Made by a program: the position numbers and the translations under genes
Source: FCB group bacterium
GTDB taxonomy: Bacteria; Bacteroidota; Ignavibacteria; Kapaibacteriales; UBA2268
Direction of reading: 5' to 3'
Assembly: GCA_049513175.1 (NCBI GenBank)
Contig: JBEKWK010000002.1
Coordinates: 1-33,590, forward strand
DNA length: 33,590 nucleotides
Notes under the pieces: model-generated
The model's input: the letters and a program-made list of their open reading frames with translations, nothing else
The model's database searches: none
What the model was told of the DNA's origin: nothing
Part shown: piece by piece, positions 1 to 7,605 of the stretch
Numbering within the stretch: the first letter of the stretch is position 1
Layout of the letters: each line of letters opens with the position of its first letter

Positions 1-885
1 ACGGGACAGACTTATATAGGCGAAACTTTCCATAAAAATATGAGAGCAAGGTATGCCGCTTTCATGCAGACGGGAGCCCCACTCGGCATTATCATCGCAT
101 CGCTTGTCGGAGGCTTCCTTGTCTCAGAAATCGGCTGGAGGGCTTGTTTTTTCGTCTCGATTGCACCCGCTTTTTTAGTTACATATATAAGGAAATGGCT
201 GCCCGAATCTGACGTCTGGCTCGAACGGAAGCGGAAAATCGCCGACGGCACCCTGACAGATGCCTCTATGAAAACAATGGATAATCTGAAAATCCTATTT
301 TCAAAGACATTCAGACTGCTATTTCTGCAATCGCTGGTGCTGTCAATATTCGAGATGTCAGCATATTGGTTCACTTATTCCTGGCTTCCCGGTTACCTAC
401 ACCAGCAAAGGGGATTCACTATAGTCAAATCTGCAGCGTGGATGCTCGTAACGCAAGCCGGCGGCTTTTCCGGCTACCTGACTTTCGGCTTTACGGCGGA
501 TAAAATAGGGAGACGTCCCGCTTTCTCGATTTATTCTGTTATTATGGCTCTGGGACTGCTTATGATAACGCTTTTCTGGAGCATCGTAGCCGTAAATTAC
601 TATTATATACTATTTTTCATGTTTCTGACAGGTTTTGGGACGGGCATGTTCAGCGGCTTGGGACCTCTTTTTTCGGAGATATTTCCAACATCAATCCGAA
701 ATACCGCAATGGGTTCGGCATTCAATCTTGCCCGCGGGATACAATTCCTCACACCTGTGATAATTACTATAGTTGCGAGAACATACGGCTTAAGTGGTGG
801 AATTTCCCTTGCGGCAGGATTTGCATTGCTCACCGGGCTGTGGGTATGGACTTTCCCGGAAACGAGAGGAAGTTCAATCAGTTAG
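1..885 (+). CDS. MFS transporter, C-terminal ~294 aa (5' end lies outside the window)
   Basis: Frame 1 is open from base 1, with no stop before the first ATG at 40, and ends at TAG 883-885. It has a run of hydrophobic helices, an MFS loop motif ADKIGRRPAF, and a C-terminal FPETRG typical of the sugar-porter/metabolite:H+ symporter half. Confidence 0.85.
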   Translation, partial: TGQTYIGETFHKNMRARYAAFMQTGAPLGIIIASLVGGFLVSEIGWRACFFVSIAPAFLVTYIRKWLPESDVWLERKRKIADGTLTDASMKTMDNLKILFSKTFRLLFLQSLVLSIFEMSAYWFTYSWLPGYLHQQRGFTIVKSAAWMLVTQAGGFSGYLTFGFTADKIGRRPAFSIYSVIMALGLLMITLFWSIVAVNYYYILFFMFLTGFGTGMFSGLGPLFSEIFPTSIRNTAMGSAFNLARGIQFLTPVIITIVARTYGLSGGISLAAGFALLTGLWVWTFPETRGSSIS

Positions 886-909
886 GAGTTAGGAGTGTGG
901 AATTAGGAG
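880..909. repeat. 7-bp tandem array (AGTTAGG-type)
   Basis: The sequence is agttaggagttaggagtgtggaattaggag, overlapping the MFS stop codon. Positions 887-908 recur as a perfect reverse complement at 5398-5419. Confidence 0.85.
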
Positions 910-980
910 TTTTTATTTTAAAATAGTAATTCAGATGTCCCCTTCTGAGAAAGGAATTAAAAAATTTTAGTTAAAATCTT

Positions 981-1004
981 GTTCCCAAGCTCCAGCTTGG
1001 GAAC
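981..1004. repeat. Family-A hairpin GTTCCCAAGC-TCCA-GCTTGGGAAC
   Basis: Perfect 10-bp stem with a 4-nt loop. The same stem recurs at 2223, 13680, 20634, 23189 (degenerate) and 25763. Confidence 0.9.
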
Positions 1005-1010
1005 ATGAGG

Positions 1011-1036
1011 GAACAGACGAGAATATCAGTTCTACT
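1011..1036. repeat. Family-D conserved 26-mer GAACAGACGAGNNTNTCAGTTCTACT
   Basis: gaacagacgagaatatcagttctact here versus gaacagacgagggtgtcagttctact at 32600-32625. Confidence 0.8.
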
Positions 1037-1206
1037 CTTTAGTTGCCTGTTAATTTCATAATAACTAAAATATATATTAATCAAACCAAATATTTATTAC
1101 TATTAAACGTTATTAAATGTAATTAAAAACATTTTTATAACATACTATTTGAAATGAAGATTACTAACATATTTTTAATTCAAAAAGTTAATCATGGAGA
1201 TATATA

Positions 1207-2157
1207 ATGAACAATAAAAAAATAATAGCTGTCGTTGGTTCCACAGGAGCACAGGGCGGTGGCTTGGCAAGAGCAATTTTAAACGATAAAAACAGTGAAT
1301 TTACCGTACGTGCAATAACAAGAAACATAAATTCGGACAAAGCCAAAGCCATAGCGGCTTTGGGTGCAGAGCTTTTTCAGGCTGATACTGACGATTTGGC
1401 GAGCATTACAAAGGCATTTGAAGGGGCTTATGGTGCATACTGCCTGACAAATTTCTGGGAGCATTTTTCGCCGGAAAGAGAAGTTCAACAAGCTGTGAAT
1501 ATGGCTCATGCCGCAAAAGAAGCCGATTTAAAGCATGTAATCTGGTCAACGTTTGAAGACACAAGAAAGTTTATTCCGCTTGATGATAACAGGATGCCGA
1601 CCCTGATGGGCAAATACAAAGTAGCTCATTTCGATGCAAAAAGCGAAGCCGACCATGTATTCACCGAACTTGGCGTTCCCACTACATTTTTATATACGTC
1701 ATATTATTGGGATAATAATATTTATTTCGGATTAGGTCCGAAAAAAGGTCCCGACGGCAATTATTACCTTACAATGCCTATGGGAGATAAGAAATTACCC
1801 GGTATAGCCGTAGAGGATATTGGAAAATGTGCCTATGGCATTTTCAAAAAAGGCAAGGAACTTATCGGCAAAACTGTCGGCGTGGCAGGTGAGCATCTGA
1901 CCGGCAAGCAAATGGCAGAAGCAATGTCCAAATCAATTGGCAAGGAGATTAGATATAATGCTGTAACACCTGATGTTTACCGTGGCTTTGGCTTCCCTGG
2001 TGCAGAGGATATGGGCAATATGTTCCAGTTCAAGCATGATTTTGAAGATGCCTATTGCGGAATAAGAAATGTCAACTTTTCGCGGGAACTGAACCCTGAA
2101 CTGCAAAGTTTTGACAAGTGGCTTTCCCGCTTCGGCAGTAAGATTCCATTGGAATAA
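1207..2157 (+). CDS. NmrA-like NAD(P)-binding (Rossmann, atypical SDR) protein
   Basis: 316-aa ORF with an N-terminal glycine-rich dinucleotide-binding motif (IAVVGSTGAQGGGLA). Length and layout are typical of the NmrA/HSCARG family. GGAG lies 8 nt upstream of the ATG. Confidence 0.85.
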   Translation: MNNKKIIAVVGSTGAQGGGLARAILNDKNSEFTVRAITRNINSDKAKAIAALGAELFQADTDDLASITKAFEGAYGAYCLTNFWEHFSPEREVQQAVNMAHAAKEADLKHVIWSTFEDTRKFIPLDDNRMPTLMGKYKVAHFDAKSEADHVFTELGVPTTFLYTSYYWDNNIYFGLGPKKGPDGNYYLTMPMGDKKLPGIAVEDIGKCAYGIFKKGKELIGKTVGVAGEHLTGKQMAEAMSKSIGKEIRYNAVTPDVYRGFGFPGAEDMGNMFQFKHDFEDAYCGIRNVNFSRELNPELQSFDKWLSRFGSKIPLE

Positions 2158-2196
2158 ATCTATTATAATTGTTCCCAGGAACCTGCACACATTCTT

Positions 2197-2246
2197 GTTC
2201 CCAAGCTCCATTATACAACCTTGTTCCCAAGCTCCTGCTTGGGAAC
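2197..2246. repeat. Family-A half copy plus a full hairpin
   Basis: An orphan left arm gttcccaagctcc lies at 2197-2209. A perfect hairpin gttcccaagc-tcct-gcttgggaac lies at 2223-2246, just downstream of the NmrA-like gene. Confidence 0.85.
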
Positions 2247-2342
2247 ATCTTTATTTAGCTTACTAAGCATGAGCTTATTAACCAGAAAATTAAGTGATTA
2301 TTATTCCTTCACCGTTTCAATATAAATTATTAAATTTGTAAT

Positions 2343-3563
2343 ATGAAAAACAAAATATACATAATTCTATTTTTATTTTTACTCTTTGCTTCAGCGAAAG
2401 CACAGGTGCGGTACAAGGATAAGGTGTTCACAGAAGTAAATAAAGACACTAGTGTCTACTTTGGTATTAATCCAGATTATACCGGCTTGCCTGTCAGCTT
2501 GTTTATGGATGTTTACCAGCCTGCAGGAGATACGACTTCGAAGCGTCCGCTTGTTATTTGGGTGCATGGCGGCGGCTTTGTCGGAGGTGTAAGGAATGAC
2601 AGCCTGATGCTCGGATTCTGCACCGACTTTTCACAAAGAGGTTATATTACTTCAAGCATTGATTATAGATTAGGCGGTGATTTAACTGACTTTACACAAC
2701 TACAAAAAGAGGCAACTGAAGCTATTCTTCGTTCAGTGCAGGATGCAAAAGCGGCAGTCAGGTTTTTCAGGAAAAACGCATCCGAATATAAGATTGATAC
2801 ATCGCTTATTATCATAGCAGGCACCTCTGCAGGTGGCTTTACCGCAGTTCATACAGCTTATTGGGATGAAAACGAAATTCCTTCTAATATTGATACGGCA
2901 ACTATAGGCAATATCGAGGGCAGTTCCGGGAATCCAGGGTATTCGTCGAAAGTACAGGGAGTTGTCAATTGCTGGGGTGCGATCCTCGATACAAACTGGA
3001 TAAAAGCAGGCAACCAGCCTATCGTAAGCGTGCATGGCACAGCCGATGATGTCGTGCCATACGATTATGGTTTATCCGAGGGGATACTTCCTTCTTACGG
3101 CAGTGCGGCTATTACACGAAGGGCAGAAGGTTTGGACATTCCCTGTGCATTGAGACCATTCATCGGGGCGGGGCATACTTTAGCAGGCGGTACAAATGAC
3201 GAAGTTGCTCTCAAGCTCGACACGGCTGATCTATTCATAATTGATTTCCTTTATAGGACATTTATAGAGAAAATTACATCAGTTCCTGATTTAGTAAATA
3301 ATAATGAAAAACCTCTGAAAGTGTTTCCTAATCCCGCAAGCGATTATGTTCAAATTGAATATAATGTACCCGAATCCTCAAATATTAGCTTGATTTTATA
3401 CGACAGATTAGGACGGGCAATTTTGACACTTGAGAGTACATTTAAAGCTTCAGGAAAATATTTTTTGACACAAGATATTAATAATATTCCATCCGGAATT
3501 TATTTTCTGAGGGAACAATGCTGGGGGAATGTATATATAGAGAAAGTTGTGATAAGCAATTAA
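2343..3563 (+). CDS. Secreted alpha/beta-hydrolase (esterase/lipase-type) with T9SS C-terminal sorting domain
   Basis: Signal peptide (LFASAKA-QV), HGGGF oxyanion-hole motif, and GTSAGG nucleophile elbow (G-x-S-x-G). HGTADDVVP and GAGHT are the acid/His candidates. The last ~80 aa carry T9SS-CTD landmarks (VFPNPASDYVQIEY ... LILYDRLGR ... GIYFLRE). Confidence 0.88.
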   Translation: MKNKIYIILFLFLLFASAKAQVRYKDKVFTEVNKDTSVYFGINPDYTGLPVSLFMDVYQPAGDTTSKRPLVIWVHGGGFVGGVRNDSLMLGFCTDFSQRGYITSSIDYRLGGDLTDFTQLQKEATEAILRSVQDAKAAVRFFRKNASEYKIDTSLIIIAGTSAGGFTAVHTAYWDENEIPSNIDTATIGNIEGSSGNPGYSSKVQGVVNCWGAILDTNWIKAGNQPIVSVHGTADDVVPYDYGLSEGILPSYGSAAITRRAEGLDIPCALRPFIGAGHTLAGGTNDEVALKLDTADLFIIDFLYRTFIEKITSVPDLVNNNEKPLKVFPNPASDYVQIEYNVPESSNISLILYDRLGRAILTLESTFKASGKYFLTQDINNIPSGIYFLREQCWGNVYIEKVVISN

Positions 3564-3570
3564 ATTAAAA

Positions 3571-4356
3571 TTATTTTGAATAGATATATTCCCTTTTTTC
3601 AACAGGCTCATTTTTTTTGTTATATTTAACTTCTTCAAGCATATTACCGTTGGGATCGTAAGTATAATTATATTTCCACCAAACAGAATCACCCTTAAGA
3701 ATTTTTATATGATGAAAATCTTTACCTTTACTATCAGAACCGTCTGAATATATAATATGTAATTCACGATCTGAGAAAGATTGAATTTTCTCAATTACAT
3801 TTCTATTTTCATCATATTTGTAGGTTACCTTTAACCAAATAGAGCCATCAGGTTTGTGTAATACCTCCTCACCTATATATTTTTTATTATTGTAAGTATA
3901 TAAATTCTTCCAAAAAGTAGAATCCTTATAGTAATACCGCATTCTCTCTATCTTATTTCCTTCATCGTAATATTTGTAAGTATCTTTCCATTCAACAATA
4001 CTATCAGAGTACTCTTCCGCCTCAATTATGTTACCATAATCATCATATTTATAAAAATACACAGAAATTATAGAGTCATTGCCATCATATTGCTCTTCCT
4101 CAATTTTATTCCCATTATTATCATATATATATTTATATTTTGAAGCTACCCAACCTGTAGACTCATATTTCAGTTCCTCAATCTTATATCCATTTTTGTC
4201 GTATATGTATTTATATTCTTTATATTTTGAATTCATATCTAATTCACCTGACTTGTATCTATAATGATAAACTTTGCATATTTTCTCTTTTGAACATGAG
4301 TAAAATATCAATTGTAAAAAGATTAAAATCACTAATAATATAAATTCTCTTTTCAT
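3571..4356 (-). CDS. Small lipoprotein made of YD/RHS-like repeats (Y-x-YD-x-x-GN-x-IE)
   Basis: N-terminal signal with a Cys lipobox (LIFYSC). Units such as YKYIYDNNGNKIEE, FYKYDDYGNIIEAEEY, TYKYYDEGNKIERMRY, TYKYDENRNVIEKI and YTYDPNGNMLEEVKY recur. The gene is extremely AT-rich and Y/K-rich. Confidence 0.7.
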   Translation of the reverse strand: MKREFILLVILIFLQLIFYSCSKEKICKVYHYRYKSGELDMNSKYKEYKYIYDKNGYKIEELKYESTGWVASKYKYIYDNNGNKIEEEQYDGNDSIISVYFYKYDDYGNIIEAEEYSDSIVEWKDTYKYYDEGNKIERMRYYYKDSTFWKNLYTYNNKKYIGEEVLHKPDGSIWLKVTYKYDENRNVIEKIQSFSDRELHIIYSDGSDSKGKDFHHIKILKGDSVWWKYNYTYDPNGNMLEEVKYNKKNEPVEKREYIYSK

Positions 4357-4465
4357 TTTTATTTTTCAATTTCTTTAAGGTCGCAATTTGCGTCGTTAAA
4401 GAATTATATTTATAAATTGTTCAAATATATTTGAGGACTAAAATTTTGTCCTCAAGTTTTGTATT

Positions 4466-4530
4466 TCGTCAGATGTAACATCTGACGGGACATAACAAGA
4501 GCTTATCACAAGTTGTGATACCTTGTTCGT
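4466..4530. repeat. 65-bp double-palindrome element, copy 1 (downstream of ORF6N)
   Basis: Contains CGTCAGATGT-A-ACATCTGACG (4467-4487) and TATCACAA-G-TTGTGATA (4504-4520). 58/65 positions match 5133-5197 by hand alignment, and the first 26 nt are identical. Confidence 0.9.
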
Positions 4531-4549
4531 AACTACTTTATTTAATAAT

Positions 4550-5050
4550 TTATTCATCTGCAATGAATCCTATTCTGCGTTTTGGTTTCGTTTCCTGAAT
4601 CAACAAACTTCTAACCAAATCCTTTAAGGATTCAAAGCCGGTTTCCAAGTTTTCAATTCTGTTAAATAATTCTTTATGAATATTTGCAATTTTCCTCAAT
4701 TGAACAAATATTCTCATTATGGCAATATTCACATCAATAGCTTTTTCACTTTTCAATACAGTAGAAAGCATTGCAACGCCTTGCTCTGTAAATGCAAAAG
4801 GTAAGGACGGTGAAAACTTCCTATTTCGGAGGTTATCACAATTTGTGATAAGCTCATTCCATTCTATTTTTGTTAATACAAACATAAAATCAGCAGGAAA
4901 TCTTTTGATATTCCTTCTAACAGCCTGCTTTAGGATTCTCGTTTCCGTTTCGTAGAGCATAGCCAAATCAAAATCGAGCATCACTTTTTCACCGCGAATC
5001 AGATAAATGCGGTTAATTAAATTCTCTTCTCTAATTGCTAAATCTGCCAT
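4550..5050 (-). CDS. ORF6N domain (KilA-N-related DNA-binding) protein
   Basis: The N-terminal region IYLIRGEKVMLDFDLAMLYETETRILKQAVRRNIKRFPADFMFVLT matches the ORF6N signature (IRGQKVMLDSDLAxLYGVxTKxLNxxVKRNxxRFPxDFMFQLT). Confidence 0.9.
   Translation of the reverse strand: MADLAIREENLINRIYLIRGEKVMLDFDLAMLYETETRILKQAVRRNIKRFPADFMFVLTKIEWNELITNCDNLRNRKFSPSLPFAFTEQGVAMLSTVLKSEKAIDVNIAIMRIFVQLRKIANIHKELFNRIENLETGFESLKDLVRSLLIQETKPKRRIGFIADE
4833..4851. promoter_or_regulatory. 19-bp perfect palindrome TTATCACAA-T-TTGTGATAA inside the ORF6N CDS (candidate operator)
   Basis: Same dyad as the flanking copies at 4504-4520 and 5171-5187. Centre-to-centre spacings are 330 and 337 bp. Confidence 0.5.
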
Positions 5051-5132
5051 TATAATTTTACTTAAAAATAAGATTATTTCGTCTTTTGTTAGTTGTTATA
5101 ACTGACTTCCATATATTTCAAATCCTACAATA

Positions 5133-5197
5133 TCGTCAGATGTAACATCTGACGGGACCTAATAAGAGCCTATCACAATTTGTGATAACTTGTGCTT
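5133..5197. repeat. 65-bp double-palindrome element, copy 2 (upstream of ORF6N)
   Basis: Contains CGTCAGATGT-A-ACATCTGACG (5134-5154) and TATCACAA-T-TTGTGATA (5171-5187). It is in direct orientation relative to 4466-4530. Confidence 0.9.
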
Positions 5198-5244
5198 CAT
5201 TTCATTCTGATAGACATTTTTTAATAACAAGTGTAATCTTATTC

Positions 5245-5282
5245 ATTCTTAATTCTTAATTCTTAATTTTAAATTCTTAATT
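5245..5282. repeat. 7-bp tandem array (TAATTCT-type)
   Basis: The sequence is attcttaattcttaattcttaattttaaattcttaatt. The same AATTCTTAATT motif recurs at 6232-6244 and 8951-8989. Confidence 0.85.
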
Positions 5283-5352
5283 AAATATATAACCACAATT
5301 AGTAATTATTAATTCATAATTAGAAATTAAAATCAATTCCTAACTCAGCAAT

Positions 5353-5389
5353 GTACGGACAGAACACTGTTCTGTCCCTACTTTATAAA
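5353..5389. repeat. Family-B hairpin GGACAGAAC-ACT-GTTCTGTCC + CTACTTTAT tail
   Basis: Perfect 9-bp stem at 5357-5377. A 33-nt block tacggacagaacactgttctgtccctactttat is identical to 6494-6526. Confidence 0.9.
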
Positions 5390-5397
5390 TTTTTTAT

Positions 5398-5419
5398 TCC
5401 TAATTCCACACTCCTAACT
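5398..5419. repeat. Inverted copy of the 887-908 module
   Basis: tcctaattccacactcctaact is the exact reverse complement of agttaggagtgtggaattagga at 887-908. A related taaatccacactccgcacta lies at 6473-6492. Confidence 0.85.
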
Positions 5420-5437
5420 GAATTTCCCTCCTCTGTA

Positions 5438-5779
5438 TTATCTTGACTTTCGAAGTAACCCAAATAACTTAGAATGTAATAATTCCTTTTCATTTGAATC
5501 TTTTTTAATAATATCTTTTTTGATAATATCGTCAATGATACTTATATCTGATTGAATAAATGACAATAAATCTTTTGGCGTATATTTTTTAAAAGTTATT
5601 AACCACCCCTTAAATACCGATAAATTTAATGCTTCAGACGGGCTCTTTGATTTTATTGCATTCAATCTTGCAATTTCATTTGTTAAATCATTAATTAACA
5701 ATTCCTTTTCGGATTCATCAAAACTTACATTGGACTGACCATAATCTATGCCTGCATTGTTATTCATTTTCTTCACCAA
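5438..5779 (-). CDS. Hypothetical small K/E-rich helical protein (113 aa), paralogue of 5888-6211
   Basis: A 113-codon ORF in AT-rich DNA where stops are frequent. It shares motifs with its neighbour (VSFDESEKELL/ISFSKEQTGLL; EIARLN/EIYKLN; IIKKDSNEKELLHSKLFGLL/LLKKNDKDEKVLKKVFSVYL). I recognise no family. Confidence 0.6.
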   Translation of the reverse strand: MVKKMNNNAGIDYGQSNVSFDESEKELLINDLTNEIARLNAIKSKSPSEALNLSVFKGWLITFKKYTPKDLLSFIQSDISIIDDIIKKDIIKKDSNEKELLHSKLFGLLRKSR

Positions 5780-5887
5780 TTACTAGAAAAAAATTTATAC
5801 TCACTCTTTTGTTTTGTTACTATTTTCGGCTAATATATATTTAAAGTAAATAAATAATTATTTAAATCTTGTCATAATGGTTGCTAA

Positions 5888-6211
5888 TTAATTAATTTTT
5901 GATAAATAAACAGAAAATACCTTTTTTAAAACCTTTTCATCTTTATCGTTCTTTTTTAAGAGGTCGTAAAAATACTTTATCAAATCATCCTGAATCCAGA
6001 TTGGTTCTTTAGTTGCTTCTTTATTCAGTTCTTTTGTAAATTTTTGTAACTTTGATAATGTAATATTATCATTAACGGTTTTTTCTCTCATATTATTTAA
6101 CTTATATATCTCATACTTACAAAAATATTTTAATAAGCCGGTTTGTTCCTTTGAGAAGGATATATGTTTATAACCTAGTTTTGATGCTTTTTCAACTTGT
6201 ACATTTTTCAC
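5888..6211 (-). CDS. Hypothetical small K/E-rich helical protein (107 aa), paralogue of 5438-5779
   Basis: 107-codon ORF on the same strand with a similar size and the shared motifs listed for 5438-5779. I recognise no family. Confidence 0.6.
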   Translation of the reverse strand: MKNVQVEKASKLGYKHISFSKEQTGLLKYFCKYEIYKLNNMREKTVNDNITLSKLQKFTKELNKEATKEPIWIQDDLIKYFYDLLKKNDKDEKVLKKVFSVYLSKIN

Positions 6212-6307
6212 GATTTACCTTTTATTATTCATAATTCTTAATTATTTTTATGACCACTTCCGCTTAGTCTCAAAGCACGACGTAAAGTAACGCAAAGTAT
6301 TTGAAAT

Positions 6308-6339
6308 AGTTGTCAGTTGTCAGTTAGCAGTTTTCAGTT
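6308..6339. repeat. 7-bp tandem array (GTTGTCA-type)
   Basis: The sequence is agttgtcagttgtcagttagcagttttcagtt. The complementary version (caactaacaac...) lies at 25835-25864, and a short gttagcagttgtc at 20480-20492. Confidence 0.85.
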
Positions 6340-6401
6340 AAAAAATTTTTACTTTTATACTTTCAATTTTCTACTTAAGATACTTTATAAACTTTATTAT
6401 A

Positions 6402-6436
6402 GGGACAGAACACAATTCTGTCCCTACTTTATGAAC
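6402..6436. repeat. Family-B hairpin variant GGGACAGAA-CACAA-TTCTGTCCC + CTACTTTATGAAC
   Basis: Perfect 9-bp stem at 6402-6424 with the same tail as the copies at 5357 and 6497. It is followed by a 9-bp tandem run (gaactttat) at 6427-6466. Confidence 0.85.
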
Positions 6437-6493
6437 TTAACAAACTTTATGAACTTTATGAACTTATTATTTCTAAATCCACACTCCGCACTA

Positions 6494-6530
6494 TACGGAC
6501 AGAACACTGTTCTGTCCCTACTTTATGAAC
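6494..6530. repeat. Family-B hairpin, third copy
   Basis: tacggacagaacactgttctgtccctactttatgaac lies immediately 3' of the TPR gene stop (6533). The stem is 6497-6517. Confidence 0.9.
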
Positions 6531-6532
6531 TT

Positions 6533-7345
6533 TTATTTGCAGTGTTCCGCTATGGAACTGCCTGCATCCGCAGAGCCTAATTCGCTCGCTTTTGACCAGT
6601 CTGAGCAAGCTCCTTCTTTGTCGCCGAGCCTGAATTTAGTATTCCCCCTGTTGTAATAAGCAGTTGCATTATTAGGTAGAAACTTTATTGTTTTGGTATA
6701 ATCCTCTAATGCTTCATTATAATTGCCGAGCGAATAATTTGCTTCTCCTCTGCAACTGTGTGCGATTGCATCATCGGGGTCCAACTCTATTGCTTTGTTG
6801 AAATCCAGGATAGAAGCACCTATATTATGCATATTATATTTTGCTTTACCCCTGTTGGCATAAGCGGCAGAAAATTGCGGAGAAATTTCTATTGCTTTGT
6901 TAAAATCCGTTATTGCTCCTTTAGCATCATTATTGGTAAGTTTTACATATCCCCTGTTGTTATAGGCTTGAGCATAATTTGGATTAATTTCTATTGCTTT
7001 ATTATAATCCATTATTGCTCCTTCTTTATCACCCAGTTTTAATTTTGCCTGCCCCCTGACGTTATAAGTCTCTGAATCTTTAGGATTAATTTCTATTAAT
7101 TTGTTAAAATCGAGTATAGCTCCTTCCATATCGGAAATGGCGAATTTTGCATGGGCTCTACAGTAATAAGCTTCCGCATAATTAGGATTAATTTCTATTG
7201 CTTTGTTGTAATCGCGGATAGCACCTTGTTTATCACCCCAATTAGATTTTTCCAGCCCGCTTTTATAATAATCAGCGGCTGTTTGTCCAACACATTCAAA
7301 ATAGATTGAAAAGATTAAAATCAGTAGTAAAAATCGCTTTGCCAT
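6533..7345 (-). CDS. Secreted TPR-repeat protein (~7 TPR units)
   Basis: Signal peptide (IYFECVG-QT). Seven 34-aa units carry the recurring A-I-x-D-[YF]-N-K-A-I-E-I-N-P-N-Y-A-x-A-Y-x-N-R-G pattern. Confidence 0.9.
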   Translation of the reverse strand: MAKRFLLLILIFSIYFECVGQTAADYYKSGLEKSNWGDKQGAIRDYNKAIEINPNYAEAYYCRAHAKFAISDMEGAILDFNKLIEINPKDSETYNVRGQAKLKLGDKEGAIMDYNKAIEINPNYAQAYNNRGYVKLTNNDAKGAITDFNKAIEISPQFSAAYANRGKAKYNMHNIGASILDFNKAIELDPDDAIAHSCRGEANYSLGNYNEALEDYTKTIKFLPNNATAYYNRGNTKFRLGDKEGACSDWSKASELGSADAGSSIAEHCK

Positions 7346-7470
7346 AATTCCATCCCTTTAAATTTTGTAGTTAATAATTTATTTAAAAATCCTATTTTTT
7401 TCTACTTTTATTTTGGGTGAATTTCATGTACAAATATACTAAAATATTACTTGCGAACAAACCGTTTTTA

Positions 7471-7510
7471 TAATAAAAAATAACCCCTGCTAATTTTTAT
7501 CAGCAAGGGT
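7471..7510 (-). terminator. Rho-independent terminator of cytochrome c copy 1
   Basis: In the minus-strand RNA, CCCUUGCU pairs with AGCAGGGG (8 bp, including a G-U that pairs only on this strand). A U-rich run follows (plus-strand taataaaaaataa at 7471-7483). Confidence 0.75.
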
Positions 7511-7517
7511 TTGAAGT

Positions 7518-7588
7518 AATTTTAGATTTTAGAATTTAGATTTAAGATTATAAGAATTTAAATCTAAAATCGTAAATCTAAAATCGTA
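7518..7588. repeat. 7-bp array GATTTTA and its complement TAAAATC in imperfect inverted arrangement
   Basis: aattttagattttagaatttagattt (7518-7543) faces aaatctaaaatcgtaaatctaaaatcgta (7560-7588). The array lies between the stop codon (7606) and the terminator. Confidence 0.8.
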
Positions 7589-7605
7589 CATTCATTTTTA
7601 TTATG

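Noticed and set aside
1-20. acgggacagac at the window start resembling the family-B stem GGACAGAAC.
   Set aside because: It lies in the open MFS reading frame, has no complementary arm and no CTACTTTAT tail. It is a chance partial match.
12-374. Antisense or alternative-frame ORFs of 60-120 aa inside long CDS (for example 12-374, 603-833, 1279-1509, 2733-3035, 7748-8073, 18704-18991, 22263-22484, 28953-29273).
   Set aside because: All are nested in genes with strong family motifs on the other strand or frame. Several simply mirror the host gene's internal repeats (22263-22484 repeats FRQILPSRHHKSQS twice).
3571-6211. RHS/YD polymorphic toxin with downstream immunity genes.
   Set aside because: The YD-like protein is only 261 aa and has no C-terminal toxin domain or PxxxxDPxGL-type cleavage motif. 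The small ORFs lie upstream of it on the same strand, not downstream.
4431-6532. Integron-like gene-cassette array (small genes separated by imperfect palindromes).
   Set aside because: The window has no intI integrase or attI. The palindromes differ from gene to gene. I could not find the paired RYYYAAC/GTTRRRY core sites of attC.
4357-6532. Prophage or integrative element inferred from the ORF6N gene.
   Set aside because: There are no integrase, structural, replication or lysis genes and no tRNA-type att site in the window. ORF6N alone is insufficient evidence.
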